Shown here one piece after another: positions 20,501-34,089 of a stretch of DNA of 64,000 bases (the first letter of the stretch is position 1; each line of letters begins with the position of its first letter). The DNA lies in NCBI GenBank assembly GCA_002269645.1, contig NIVC01000032.1:434001-498000 (forward strand), read 5' to 3'. The stretch is from Macrostomum lignano (Eukaryota). Below the pieces are notes generated by a model. That model was not told the origin of the DNA. It made no database searches and was given only the letters and a program-made list of their open reading frames with translations. Made by a program: the position numbers and the translations under genes.

Positions 20501-20660
20501 GACCAGTTAGACAGGTGAGTGACCAGTTAGACAGGTGAGTGACCAGTTAGACAGGTGAGTGACCAGTTAGACAGGTGAGTGACCAGTTAGACAGTTGAGT
20601 GACCAGTTAGACAGGTGAGTGACCAGTTAGACAGGTGAGTGACCAGTTAGACAGGTGAGG
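17598..20660. repeat. 20-bp minisatellite (GTGAGTGACCAGTTAGACAG), about 150 copies
   Basis: Exact 20-bp period, three units per 60-nt line. Confidence 0.98.
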
Positions 20661-21061
20661 GACCTGTGTGTTTGCCGTTTCAGCGTGTTCAGCAAACAGA
20701 TTTTAAAGTAATTCTGTGCAAATGTAAAAAAGATATTGCACTAAAACGGTTAAAGTTATTTGAAACAGTTGACAGCTGCGTCTAAGCTTTTAATCAGTCT
20801 TATCAGTCGATTAAGAGTATACTGAAAACTCAGGTTCATAGTTAGTTAGCTATGTTATAAGCAATACGAAATTAATTACGCTGCTTAGCAACTAAACAGA
20901 AAGCATGGGCGGACCTTTGACATTTTTGACATTGATTTTTTAATCAGATGTTGCAGCCAATTTTACGTTATCTTAACTTGATTTTTCGTTTCTGGGCTTT
21001 ATTTAATAATAAGTTTTAGCCTAAATTATTGCTCATTTGCTTACTATACTACTAATCAGGC

Positions 21062-23142
21062 ATGACCCTCAGGCCAGTAGTATTGTGCGGACCATCTGGC
21101 TCGGGGAAATCAACGTTAATCAAGGCGTTGATGCAAAAATACGATGGCCTATTTGCGTTCAGCGTGTCACGTGAGCTCTGCGCTGCTGTACAAAAAATAT
21201 TCATTATTTAATTGCAAATTCGTTTTTAAATAACGCAGTTTTCGTTAATCGGTAAAAAAACCTTTACGGGTTTTTTCTACAGACACAACGCGACAGCCAA
21301 GACCAGGGGAAGTTGATGGAAAAGGTGAGTACAAGTACTGAATATCAAGAGGGCGCCACAATCGGGTGTCAGAGAAGGCGCCACAATCGGGTGTCAGAGA
21401 GAGGGCGCCACAATCGGGTGTCAGAGAGAGGGCGCCACAATCGGGTGTCAGATAGAGGGCGCCACAATCGGGTGTCAGAGAGAGGGCGCCACAATCGGGT
21501 GTCAGAGAAGGCGCCACAATCGGATGTCAGAGAAAGGGCGCCACAATCGGGTGTCAGAGAAAGGGCGCCACAATCGGGTGTCAGAGAGAGGGCGCCACAA
21601 TCGGGTGTCAGAGAGAGGGCGCCACAATCAGGTGTCATAGAAAGGGCGCCACAATCAGGTGTTAGAGGAAGGGCGCCACAATCAGGTGTTAGAGGAAGGG
21701 CGCCACAATCGGGTGTCAGAGAGAGGGCGCCACAATCGGGTGTCAGATAGAGGGCGCCACAATCGGGTGTCAGAGAGAGGGCGCCACAATCGGGTGTCAG
21801 ATAGAGGGCGCCACAATCGGGTGTCAGATAGAGGGCGCCACAATCGGGTGTCAGATAGAGGGCGCCACAATCGGGTGTCAGAGAGAGGGCGCCACAATCG
21901 GGTGTCAGAGAGAGGGCGCCACAATCGGGTGTCAGATAGAGGGCGCCACAATCGGGTGTCAAAGAGAGGGCGCCACAATCGGGTGTCAGAGAGAGGGCGT
22001 CAGATAGAGGTGTCAGATAGCGCCACAATCGCCACAAGAGAGGGCGCCACAATCGGGTGTCAGAGAGAGGGCGCCACAATCGGGTGTCAGATAGAGGGCG
22101 CCACAATCGGGTGTCAGAGAAGGCGCCACAATCGGGTGTCAGAGAGAGGGCGCCACAATCGGGTGTCAGAGAAAGGGCGCCACAATCAGGTGTCAGAGAA
22201 GGCGCCACAATCGGGTGTCAGAGAGAGGGCGCCACAATCGGGTGTCAGAGAGAGGGCGCCACAATCGGGTGTCAGAGAGAGGGCGCCACAATCGGGTGTC
22301 AGATAGAGGGCGCCACAATCGGGTGTCAGAGAAGGCGCCACAATCGGGTGTCAGAGAGAGGGCGCCACAATCGGGTGTCAGAGAAAGGGCGCCACAATCA
22401 GGTGTCAGAGAAGGCGCCACAATCGGGTGTCAGAGAGAAGGCGCCACAATCGGGTGTCAGAGAGAAGGCGCCACAATCGGGTGTCAGAGAGAGGGCGCCA
22501 CAATCGGGTGTCAGAGAGAGGGCGCCACAATCGGGTGTCAGATAGAGGGCGCCACCCAAGCGACATAAGCCCGTGTTTTTTATTCCAGACTATTTCTTCA
22601 CCGACCGGGCCACCATGGAGTCCATGATTGCCAGAGGCGATTTCATAGAAAGCGCCCAATTTTCTGGCAATTTCTACGGCACCAGCAAGGCGGCCGTGTC
22701 GGCAGTGGCGGAGGCGGGCAAAATCTGCCTGTTAGATGTTGATACACAGGGCGTCAAGGCGTTGAAGCGGCAGTCTGAGCTGCATCCAAAGTACATCTTC
22801 GTCATGCCGCCCTCGATTGAGGTTCTTGTGAGTAAAGTCAATTTTTTAAATAATTTTTTTTACACCTCTTAGTCTCAGGTAGTCTTGCAGGCCTACCCAC
22901 CACTATCATAACCATCATTTTTTCATCACTATATTTTCACCATAATCATCATTATAATCATCACCATAATCATCATTATAATCATCACCATAATCATCAT
23001 CATCATCATCATCACCATAATCATCATTATAATCATCACCATAATCATCATCATCATCATCATCACCATCATTATCACCATCATCATCACCATCATCATC
23101 ATCATCACCACCATCATCATCATCACCATCATTATCACCATC

Positions 23143-23173
<31 letters not shown>

Positions 23174-23190
23174 CCATCATCATCACCATC

Positions 23191-23239
<49 letters not shown>

Positions 23240-23241
23240 CC

Positions 23242-23290
<49 letters not shown>

Positions 23291-23307
23291 CCATCATCAT
23301 CATCACC

Positions 23308-23338
<31 letters not shown>

Positions 23339-23355
23339 CCATCATCATCATCACC

Positions 23356-23387
<32 letters not shown>

Positions 23388-24223
23388 CATCATCGTCCTC
23401 ACTATCGTCGCCAACATCGCCATCAGGAGCAGCGTCTGCGCGGCCGTGGCACAGAGTCGGAGGACCGAGTGCTCGCCAGACTGAGTGCAGCCAAAGCTGA
23501 GATGGAGTACGGACAGGCAGCTGGAAATTTTAACACCGTCATCGTTAATGACGACCTGGAGAGGGCGACTGCCGAGCTGGAGGAGTTTCTGCTGGAGGTA
23601 GGCACTCGCTGGACACCCAGAGTAATACTTTTTGACACACTTGATCTGGGTGTGTTTCAGTGATTTCTGAGGGATTCTTTCAGTGATTTCTGGGGGATTC
23701 TTTCAGTGATTTCTGAGGGATTCTTTCGGTGATTTCTGAGGGATTCTTTCGATGATTTCTGGGGGATTCTTTCGGTGATTTTTGAGGGATTCTTTCAGTG
23801 ATTTCTGAGGGATTCTTTCAGTGATTTTTGAGGGATTCTTTCAGTGATTTTTGAGGGATTCTTTCAGTGATTTCTGAGGGATTCTTTCAGTGATTTTTGA
23901 GGGATTCTTTCAGTGATTTCTAAGGGATTCTTTCAGTGATTTTTGAGGGATTCTTTCAGTGATTTTTGAGGGATTCTTTCAGTGATTTCTGAGGGATTCT
24001 TTCAGTGATTTTTGAGGGATTCTTTCAGTGATTTCTGAGGGATTCTTTCAGTGATTTCTGAGGGATTCTTTCGGTTCTTTCCCTGGAGATTTTTGACTCA
24101 TTTGAATATTCATCTGTTTAGTATTTCACTGGCCCTGCAATAATTTAAAACAAAAAAGGGCACAATGTTTTCTGTAAATAATTTCAGGACATTCACCTGG
24201 CAAGGGAGAAGCGAGTGAAGTGA
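21062..24223 (+). CDS. GUK1: Guanylate kinase, 5 exons: 21062-21170, 21283-21324, 22589-22827, 23427-23597, 24188-24223, 198 aa
   Basis: [16 protein letters not shown]-loop; [22 protein letters not shown]; [15 protein letters not shown]; LLDVDTQGV; IFVMPPS; [13 protein letters not shown]; IVNDDLERA. All phases match. Confidence 0.96.
21350..22555. repeat. 27-bp minisatellite (GGGCGCCACAATCGGGTGTCAGAGAGA) in GUK1 intron 2
   Basis: Read directly. Confidence 0.96.
22905..23420. repeat. (CAT/CAC)n trinucleotide repeat in GUK1 intron 3
   Basis: Read directly. Confidence 0.96.
23650..24075. repeat. 23-bp minisatellite (TTCTTTCAGTGATTTCTGAGGGA), about 18 copies, in GUK1 intron 4
   Basis: Read directly. 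Confidence 0.95.
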
Positions 24224-24351
24224 CGAAACAACTGCGCTTGTGCTTCAACTACAAACTTAAAGACATTCCACACAGTAATTAGAAACTTTTATAGCTCTTT
24301 TCTAACCAATAGTGTCCACTCCACCGTTAATCTTTTCCTGGAATCGTTTGA

Positions 24352-24505
24352 GTGACCAGTTAGACAGGTGAGTGACCAGTTAGACAGTTAAGTGACCAGT
24401 TAGACAGGTGAGTGACCAGTTAGACAGGTGAGTGACCAGTTAGACAGGTGAGTGACCAGTTAGACAGGTGAGTGACCAGTTAGACAGGCGAGTGACCAGC
24501 TAGGC
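24352..24505. repeat. Second short array of the 20-bp GTGAGTGACCAGTTAGACAG unit
   Basis: Same unit and orientation as 17598-20660. Confidence 0.95.
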
Positions 24506-25074
24506 AGTTGAGATTAAAAATTTTGTCACGGGTTTGACACGAAACTAAACTGTTTTTAATAACAAAAATTGTACACTGCAATTTTAATCTATTTCTGGAA
24601 TCATTTTATCGGCTATCTGTTCACACTTTCTGCTTTCGTTAGACAATTTTATTGCACTAAAATTTAGTTTAAAGTTTTTCAATTTGAATTAGAAAATACA
24701 CTATATTCTTATAAAGATACACTACTTTAAGCAAAGCTGAAAAGCACACATCACAAATATGTGTTGTTCCATATTTATTTTTTATTGCGATCAACAAAGC
24801 AATCGTTAAACCGATCTAAATCTGTGTGATCGACAGACTTGAGAAAAACTTTAAAGTACATTATATTTTATGTAATTTTCGGCAATGTCTCTTTATATTC
24901 TGTCTTCTATAGTTGAGACATGGAATATAATAATTTGATCCTAAATGATACGATTATGTACTATGGAAATCTTAACATGTCACTATTGTGCAACTGCATC
25001 AGCTACATGTACTGTCAAAATATAGCAAACAATCGTACGAGTAACTGATGCTTGATGTCTGACAGTTGATGGCA

Positions 25075-25375
25075 TGGCATGTACATTGAGAATCGGTAGA
25101 GGAACTGGGGTTTGGGGGGTTGGTCACTTTGTGGAGCCAATCGAATGTACATTGAGAATCGGTAGAGGAACTGGGGTTTGGGGGGTCGGTCACTTTGTGG
25201 AGCCAGTCAAATGTACATTGAGAGTCAGCGGAGGAACTGGGGTTTTGGGAGGGGGGGGGGTTGGTCACATTGCGGAGCCATTCGAATGTACATTTAGAGT
25301 CGGTAGAGGAACTGAGGTTCAGGGGTGGTCTCATTGTGGAGCCAGTCAAATGTACATTGAGAGTCAGTGGAGGGG
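25075..25375. repeat. About 66-bp tandem repeat (AATGTACATTGAGAATCGGTAGAGGAACTGGGG...), about 5 copies
   Basis: ATGTACATTGAG-like anchor recurs near 25079, 25145, 25211, 25286 and 25350. Confidence 0.85.
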
Positions 25376-25487
25376 AGCGAGTCGAACGTCTATAAGGCTG
25401 TGAGAGCAATGTACACACTAAGCTAAAACAACATATTAGCTACTGTAATGAATAATAAAACTGTTATTAATACTACAAATATAAAGA

Positions 25488-26799
25488 TCACACCATCAGT
25501 CTCAGACGCAATCCAGTTGCAACAGTTCTCAGACTGCCAATCAGAATCGATCTGGCCCAATAAATATTCAATACATCGAGTAGCAGACTTGAACTAATCC
25601 AGACAATGAGTACCGCGTCAGCTTCAGACACCAATCGGTTGAATTCGGCTGTCCTGGTAGTCTCAGCAAAGTAATACCAATAGACAGGTATGACAAGCAG
25701 TCGACAGGCTAAATAGCTACTCGAGAGACAAACTGAGTTGCCAAGACTGAGCAGTGAGCCAACGCTGACGTTACACAGCCTGTTGTACCAATTCACGTTC
25801 AGAAACGGAGTAGACATCTCAGAGAGCAGACGGAACAGAGCAAAGAAGTGCAGAATTCCGCGACTCTGTGGTGGATCAAGGAGAGGTGCAGCTTAGGTGC
25901 CCGAAGTTCGAAAGGACTCTTTGGAGTTTGCGCGCGAATATTGACCAGGATGATAATTAGTCAATTCAGCAGCCCTCCCTACAATTATCATATCATTACT
26001 ATCAAGAGTCAATCCATGCCATACCAGCTTCATATGATCTTAGAATACGCCTAGAAGTTCCCATAGTAACCATCGCTAATTCGCTCACAGTGCAAATCCA
26101 GAAGCAAAGAGCCGCCACTCCGTGATGCAACCAGAAGACCAGCAAGTTGACGTCTCGCCAATAAATCGGCATTGAAATCGCGTCTGCGTTCAAGTTTGAG
26201 AATTTATAAATTGTTAACGAATATTGTTAACTTTTTGAACATTTCGATTGACAATTACGAGCTAGGATTATTGATATTTTTAATCTTACCTGCTAGCATG
26301 TATGCTGCACTGATTGACAGAGTGACGCCTCCGAGTTTGGTTGGCTGGCTAAAAATTTTTGGGGGAAATTGCTGCATTCATTCTATCAAGGACACTTGAG
26401 TTCCTAGTCCCTAGTAACTAGGTCTCTGCATTGTCGGTTCTTGTAGGGTCATTAGGTTCAGTATATCCCCCTGTTCTTATGGATAAGCCGTCGACTCGTT
26501 AATAAAAAAACAAAATTATTCTCACCTAATCTTGTCACTCCACAGGGGCTCCTCAAATGCCAAGGCGTAGGCGCTGAGCAGTGTGACCAGAGTGGCGTGG
26601 AGGCTGGATACAATTCTGGGAAGATTATTTCAAGGGGGTTTGCAAACGAATAGGCCTGCAGATAACTGCGAGAACTTAATAGTTATCAACCTACATGTAT
26701 TTCTTATTCGATCAGTCAGCCAATCAGTAAATCAATCAATTAATCAATCAATTAATCAATAAGTTAATTAATTAATCAACCAATCAATCAACCAATCAG

Positions 26800-26850
<51 letters not shown>

Positions 26851-26893
26851 GTCAATCAATCAGTCAATCAATCAATCAATTAATCAATCAATT

Positions 26894-26926
<33 letters not shown>

Positions 26927-26967
26927 GTCAGTCAGCCAATCAGTCAATCAATCAATCAGTCAATCAG

Positions 26968-27044
<77 letters not shown>

Positions 27045-27464
27045 TAATCAATCAATCAGTCAATCAATCAATTAATCAATCAATCATCAATTAATCAATT
27101 AATCAATCAATCATCAATTAATCAATTAATCAATCAATCAATCAATCTATCAATCTATCTATCAATCTACGAATGAGGCAAGTTACAAATCAATAAATTT
27201 ATTTCATCCAATCAGCAAATCAATGAAATCAGTTCACTAATCATCAGTCAACCAAACTCCGACTCACCTCGAGTCCCATTCCATCTGCAGTTGCCAAGTC
27301 AGCTCTGAATAAGACTTGAAACGTCTCAAGCAGACTCTCCTGCTAACGTAGTGATGAAGCACTAGGCAGAGCAGGAAGAATGCTACACCGACACTGAAAT
27401 TCAGACTGGCATGCTGATCACCAACTTCCGCGGGCAGCTTCTGCTTCGATACGTCAACAGTCAT
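25488..27464 (-). CDS. TLC-domain membrane protein (TLCD4/TMEM56-like), 5 exons: 27464-27268, 26615-26526, 26348-26290, 26183-26089, 25865-25488, 272 aa
   Basis: EWDSRIVSSLHA; AAYMLAD; LHHGVA; FRLLSEMSTPFLN; LDVLNIYW are TLC/TMEM56 motifs. All phases match. Confidence 0.88.
26710..27170. repeat. (TCAA)n microsatellite in TLC gene intron 1
   Basis: Read directly. Confidence 0.95.
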
Positions 27465-27938
27465 CTTTTTTTGCAGCTAACAGTAACAATATAAAGTTGT
27501 ACTCAAATAGTACTATTCGTTGAGTTGAGCAGCAACCGTTTCGAGCTGTATCTGCTCACTAATCTGCGCTTATAATTAATGCAATCAAATAAGTTGAACT
27601 TTGAACAACCGGTGAACCTAAGCGAACATTGAACTCGCTTTTTTAAGTCTTAATTCTATAGTTTAAATAAACTTACTCAAGTCATTTGCCAAGCTTGATA
27701 AGATAATGATTAAATCTTCAGCAAAAATGTTACCGCTATTAACTGAAGGCTGCAGTTTTATGTCCACAGGCATAGAACTGACGGTAGCTTAACTAATTTG
27801 AAAAAAATTAACTTTAACAAAATTCGCAAACTCTTGCCATAGACTAAACATTTTTTATTAACTATACTTATTTTTAGAAACTTCTATTTGAGAACTCAAA
27901 TTAGCTACAGAATAAATTGATTAATTCATACTGTACCT

Positions 27939-28038
27939 ATGAAGGCCAGCCCCAAGGCACATTAGAAAGTCAGGCCCGCTGAGTACACCCTGTGTGAGCG
28001 TGTGCATGTATGCCTGCGTACAGTATTGGCGCGCTTGT
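27939..28038 (+). mobile_element. Probable SINE copy 2 (5'-truncated)
   Basis: ATTAGAAAGTCAGG...TACACCCTGTGTGAGCGT...TGCCTGCGTACAGTATTGGCGCGCTTGT closely matches 49373-49453. Confidence 0.55.
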
Positions 28039-28039
28039 A

Positions 28040-28746
28040 GCTACCGCTGAGCTACCGCTGAGCTACCGCTGAGCTACCGCTGAGCTACCGCTGAGCTACC
28101 GCTGAGCTACCGCTGAGCTACCGCTGAGCTACCGCTGAGCTACCGCTGAGCTACCGCTGAGCTACCGCTGAGCTACCGCTGAGCTACCGCTGAGCTACCG
28201 CTGAGCTACCGCTGAGCTACCGCTGAGCTACCGCTGAGCTACCGCTGAGCTACCGCTGAGCTACCGCTGAGCTACCGCTGAGCTACCGCTGAGCTACCGC
28301 TGAGCTACCGCTGAGCTACCGAGGAGCTACCGCTGAGCTACCACTGAGCTACCACTGAGCTACCACTGAGCTACCACTGAGCTACCGCTGAGCTACCGCT
28401 GAGCTACCACTGAGCTACCACTGAGCTACCACTGAGCTACCGCTGAGCTACCGCTGAGCTACCGCTGAGCTACCGCTGAGCTACCGCTGAGCTACCGCTG
28501 AGCTACCGCTGAGCTACCGCTGAGCTACCGCTGAGCTACCGCTGAGCTACCACTGAGCTACCACTGAGCTACCGCTGAGCTACCGCTGAGCTACCGCTGA
28601 GCTACCGCTGAGCTACCGCTGAGCTACCGCTGAGCTACCGCTGAGCTACCGCTGAGCTACCGCTGAGCTACCGAGGAGCTACCGCTGAGCTACCACTGAG
28701 CTACCACTGAGCTACCGCTGAGCTACCGCTGAGCTACCGCTGAGCT
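28040..28746. repeat. 11-bp minisatellite (GAGCTACCGCT), about 64 copies
   Basis: Read directly. Confidence 0.97.
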
Positions 28747-29565
28747 AAAAATATAAACATACATCAGAGAAATCCTCAAAACAAGATTGCTTAATCACGC
28801 ATAACCTCTCATTTTTTAACAGTCAACGGAGTGAAACGATCTGAAACAGGAAAGTATAAACAAGAAAATGAAGGGTTAGTTAAAAAATCCACAAAAACAA
28901 ACCCACAGCATCCTCAATGGCTTGGCAAAAGCGCTGGCAGGTACAAGGAAGTTCAGCAGCGCAGGTAGCTCAGCAACACGCTCAGCTGCTGCAAGGAACT
29001 GCTAATGGGAAAGACAGGGAGGAACAGAGAGAGAAGACACAGAGAGGAAATGGAGAAAAACGACACGGGCGCGCTGGCGCGGCAGGCGGGAGAGAACTGC
29101 TCAAAATCCTATTCTGTAGCTAGATGCCTTTTTTGAGTCGCGCTCTCGTCTAGCCTTAAGACTGAGTGCTCAACGGAGGGATGTAGAAGGGTGGTGGAAC
29201 AAGTTGAGCCAATCGTGGATGGTCCCCAAGCCTTCGCCTACCCTGTGTTTATCTAAGCGTGGAGAGCCGTAAAGAGGGAAGAGTAGAGAGAGAGAGGCGG
29301 AATGGGGAAGCGAAATGAGGGGTTTAAGAGGCCTAGCCTTATAAATATGTTTGAGTGCTGAGGCCTATTGAAACTGTCAAAGAACAGGAAGCTTTAGGGA
29401 ATGCAGGAAATCAGCTTTGCTTTTGCACAAATTTGAAACCAGCTGCAAGCATCTGGAAAGCAAAGAATGGAAACGGTACGTCGTTGAGTGCGTTGGATCG
29501 CTGATCAGATTGTTTTAATTATCAAGACTATTGCATGGTGAGGCCAAATGAATTTAATAATTGCT

Positions 29566-32500
29566 ATGGAGGCGCCATCATAGCCTAGAGAGAGGCGCCA
29601 TCACAGTCTAGAGAGAGGCGCCATCAAAGTCTAGAGAGAGGCGCCATCACAGTCTAGAGAGGCGCCATCACAGTCTAGAGAGAGGCGTCATCACAGTCTA
29701 GAGAGAGGCGCCATCACAGTCTAGAGAGAGGCGCCATCACAGTCTAGAGAGAGGCGCCATCACAGTCTAGAGAGAGGCGTCATCAAAGTCTAGAGAGAGG
29801 CGCATCACAGTCTAGAGAGAGGCGCCATCAAAGTCTAGAGAGAGGCGTCATCAAAGTCTAGAGAGAGGCACCATCACAGTCTAGAGAGAGGCGCCATCAC
29901 AGTCTAGAGAGAGGCGCCATCCCAGCCTAGAGAGGCGCCATCCCAGCCTAGAGAGGCGCCATCCCAGCCTAGAGAGAGGCGCCATCCCAGTCTAGAGAGA
30001 GGCGCCATCACAGTCTAGAGAGAGGCGCCATCAAAGTCTAGAGAGAGGCGCCATCACAGTCTAGAGAGAGGCGTCATCACAGTCTAGAGAGAGGCGCCAT
30101 CAAAGTCTAGAGAGAGGCGCCATCAAAGTCTAGAGAGAGGCGCCATCAAAGTCTAGAGAGAGGCGCCATCAAAGTCTAGAGAGAGGCGCCATCAAAGTCT
30201 AGAGAGAGGCGCATCCCAGTCTAGAGAGAGGCGCCATCACAGTCTAGAGAGAGGCGCCATCAAAGTCTAGAGAGAGGCGCATCCCAGTCTAGAGAGAGGC
30301 GCCATCACAGTCTAGAGAGAGGCGTCATCACAGTCTAGAGAGAGGCGCCATCACAGTCTAGAGAGAGGCGTCATCAAAGTCTAGAGAGAGGCGCATCCCA
30401 GTCTAGAGAGAGGCGTCATCACAGTCTAGAGAGAGGCGTCATCACAGTCTAGAGAGAGGCGCCATCACAGTCTAGAGAGAGGCGCCATCACAGTCTAGAG
30501 AGAGGCGCCATCACAGTCTAGAGAGAGGCGCCATCAAAGTCTAGAGAGAGGCGCCATCAAAGTCTAGAGAGAGGCGCCATCAAAGTCTAGAGAGAGGCGC
30601 CATCAAAGTCTAGAGAGAGGCGTCATCACAGTCTAGAGAGAGGCGCCATCAAAGTCTAGAGAGAGGCGCCATCAAAGTCTAGAGAGAGGCGCCATCAAAG
30701 TCTAGAGAGAGGCGCATCCCAGTCTAGAGAGAGGCGCCATCACAGTCTAGAGAGAGGCGCCATCAAAGTCTAGAGAGAGGCGCATCCCAGTCTAGAGAGA
30801 GGCGCCATCACAGTCTAGAGAGAGGCGCCATCACAGTCTAGAGAGAGGCGCCATCACAGTCTAGAGAGAGGCGTCATCAAAGTCTAGAGAGAGGCGCATC
30901 CCAGTCTAGAGAGAGGCGCCATCACAGTCTAGAGAGAGGCGTCATCACAGTCTAGAGAGAGGCGCCATCACAGTCTAGAGAGAGCCGCCATCACAGTCTA
31001 GAGAGAGGCGCCATCACAGTCTAGAGAGAGGCGCCATCAAAGTCTAGAGAGAGGCGCCATCAAAGTCTAGAGAGAGGCGCATCCCAGTCTAGAGAGAGGC
31101 GCCATCACAGTCTAGAGAGAGGCGCCATCACAGTCTAGAGAGAGGCGCCATCAAAGTCTAGAGAGAGGCGTCATCACAGCCTAGAGAGAGGCGCCATCCC
31201 AGCCTAGAGAGAGGCGCCATCCCAGCCTAGAGAGGCGCCATCCCAGCCTAGAGAGAGGCGCCATCCCAGCCTAGAGAGAGGCGCCATCCCAGCCTAGAGA
31301 GGCGCCATCCCAGCCTAGAGAGGCGCCATCCCAGCCTAGAGAGAGGCGCCATCCCAGCCTAGAGAGGCGCCATCCCAGCCTAGAGAGAGGCGCCATCCCA
31401 GCCTAGAGAGAGGCGCCATCCCAGCCTAGAGAGGCGCCATCCCAGCCTAGAGAGGCGCCATCACAGCCTAGAGAGAGGCGCCATCCCAGCCTAGAGAGGC
31501 GCCATCCCAGCCTAGAGAGAGGCGCCATCCCAGCCTAGAGAGGCGCCATCCCAGCCTAGAGAGAGGCGCCATCCCAGCCTAGAGAGAGGCGCCATCCCAG
31601 CCTAGAGAGGCGCCATCCCAGCCTAGAGAGAGGCGCCATCCCAGCCTAGAGAGAGGCGTCATCCCAGCCTAGAGAGGCGCCATCCCAGCCTAGAGAGAGG
31701 CGCCATCCCAGCCTAGAGAGGCGCCATCCCAGCCTAGAGAGAGGCGCCATCCCAGCCTAGAGAGAGGCGCCATCCCAGCCTAGAGAGGCGCCATCCCAGC
31801 CTAGAGAGAGGCGCCATCCCAGCCTAGAGAGAGGCGCCATCCCAGCCTAGAGAGGCGCCATCCCAGCCTAGAGAGGCGCCATCCCAGCCTAGAGAGGCGC
31901 CATCCCAGTCTAGAGAGAGGCGCCATCCCAGCCTAGAGAGAGGCGCCATCACAGCCTAGAGAGAGGCGCCATCACAGCCTAGAGAGAGGCGCCATCCCAG
32001 CCTAGAGAGAGGCGCCATCCCAGCCTAGAGAGGCGCCATCCCAGCCTAGAGAGAGGCGCCATCACAGCCTAGAGAGAGGCGCCATCACAGCCTAGAGAGA
32101 GGCGCCATCACAGTCTAGGGAGAGGCGTCATCACAGTCTAGGGAGAGGCGTCATCACAGTCTAGAGAGAGGCGCCATCCCAGCCTAGAGAGAGGCGCCAT
32201 CCCAGCCTAGAGAGAGGCGCCATCCCAGCCTAGAGAGGCGCCATCCCAGCCTAGAGAGGCGCCATCCCAGTCTAGAGAGAGGCGCCATCCCAGCCTAGAG
32301 AGAGGCGCCATCACAGCCTAGAGAGAGGCGCCATCACAGCCTAGAGAGAGGCGCCATCACAGTCTAGAGAGAGGCGTCATCACAGTCTAGGGAGAGGCGT
32401 CATCACAGTCTAGAGAGAGGCGCCATCCCAGCCTAGAGAGAGGCGCCATCACAGCCTAGAGAGAGGCGCCATCACAGCCTAGAGAGAGGCGCCATCCCAG

Positions 32501-32957
32501 CCTAGAGAGAGGCGCCATCCCAGCCTAGAGAGGCGCCATCCCAGCCTAGAGAGAGGCGCCATCACAGCCTAGAGAGAGGCGCCATCACAGCCTAGAGAGA
32601 GGCGCCATCACAGTCTAGGGAGAGGCGTCATCACAGTCTAGGGAGAGGCGTCATCACAGTCTAGAGAGAGGCGCCATCCCAGCCTAGAGAGAGGCGCCAT
32701 CCCAGCCTAGAGAGAGGCGCCATCCCAGCCTAGAGAGGCGCCATCCCAGCCTAGAGAGGCGCCATCCCAGTCTAGAGAGAGGCGCCATCCCAGCCTAGAG
32801 AGAGGCGCCATCACAGCCTAGAGAGAGGCGCCATCACAGCCTAGAGAGAGGCGCCATCACAGTCTAGAGAGAGGCGTCATCACAGTCTAGGGAGAGGCGT
32901 CATCACAGTCTAGAGAGAGGCGCCATCACAGTCTAGAGAGAGGCGCCATCACAGTCA
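29566..32957. repeat. 21/23-bp minisatellite (GGCGCCATCACAGTCTAGAGAGA and variants), about 150 copies
   Basis: Read directly. Confidence 0.97.
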
Positions 32958-33439
32958 GACGAAGAAATTAGTCAAATCCAATTCCCTAAAAAATTCATTT
33001 TCTAGAAAGCGAAACGAGAAAGGCAAATCAAATTAAATGAAAAACTAATTATCATCCAACAGACCTTTGAGGCTGACTGTCAGGGGCAGATCCTGTTTGT
33101 TTCTGTCTTTCCGGAGCAAAATTTCTACTTAAGAAGAGTAAGGTTGACTAGGATGATGAAGTGATTCCATATTCCGTAAAAATAACTAGATTAATATGGG
33201 AATTAGTGAATCTTAAGCCTGCCCAACGTCAGAGAGGAGAGACTAGCGGTGATTGAAAAGCCAGGAAGGAACAAATAAAATAGGGGGACTTCCCCTATCT
33301 GTGTGGAAATGAGAATTTATTTAAAATCAAATGCAATTCCGATTTGATTTACAATCCAAGTTTGCCACTGAATCTGTTTCCGTCTGTTTAAATTAATTCT
33401 CGGTTAGAGTTGAATTCTAAAATAGCTGCCTGAAACAGG

Positions 33440-33730
33440 GGATAAACCCAGGGAATTATGGCAATAGCCGGGGAATTCTGGGGATAACAGGGGAATTATG
33501 GCCGCATCAGGGGAATTATAACGGGAATTCTGGGGATAGCAGGGGAATTCTGGGGATAATAGGGGAATTCTAGGGATAACAGGGGAATTTGGGAATATTA
33601 CGGGAATTCTAGGGATAACAGGGGAATTCTGGGAATAACAAGGGAATTCTGGGGATAACAGGAGAATTCTAAGAATAACAGGGGAATTCTGTCAATAACA
33701 GGGGAATTCTGTCAATAAAAGGGGAATTCT
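33440..33730. repeat. Degenerate 20-bp repeat (GGGGAATTCTGGGGATAACA)
   Basis: Read directly. Confidence 0.85.
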
Positions 33731-34089
33731 ACGGGGCGCCAGAAGTCCTTTATCGGATTACATTAGAATTCCAGAGGACTCCCTGGAAACTAAAAAGGTG
33801 CTAAAAATTTCATTACGACCAAGAAAAAAAAGAAATGGTCTTCCGAGTATCAATATTTTTATCAGGCATAACTTTGGATTAAAGATGGGCAGAGGTTTTA
33901 AAGCAACTGCCTGACTGTGACATGCGCCTCGGAATTATTTATGGGCATTTATGGGCTTATAGGAACATAAAATGTAATGGTAAATATACTTAAAAATTAT
34001 TGACAAGACTAAAAGTGCTTAGCTGAGCATGATCTACATGTACATGTAATGCTGTTCGAATTTCACAGTGCTGATTGCAGCAGTAGCGG

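Noticed and set aside
22929-23423. Poly-Met ORF
   Set aside because: Antisense reading of the (CAT)n repeat in GUK1 intron 3
14880-32957. Long regular arrays as CRISPR arrays
   Set aside because: Units are contiguous with no unique spacers, there are no cas genes, and the context is eukaryotic
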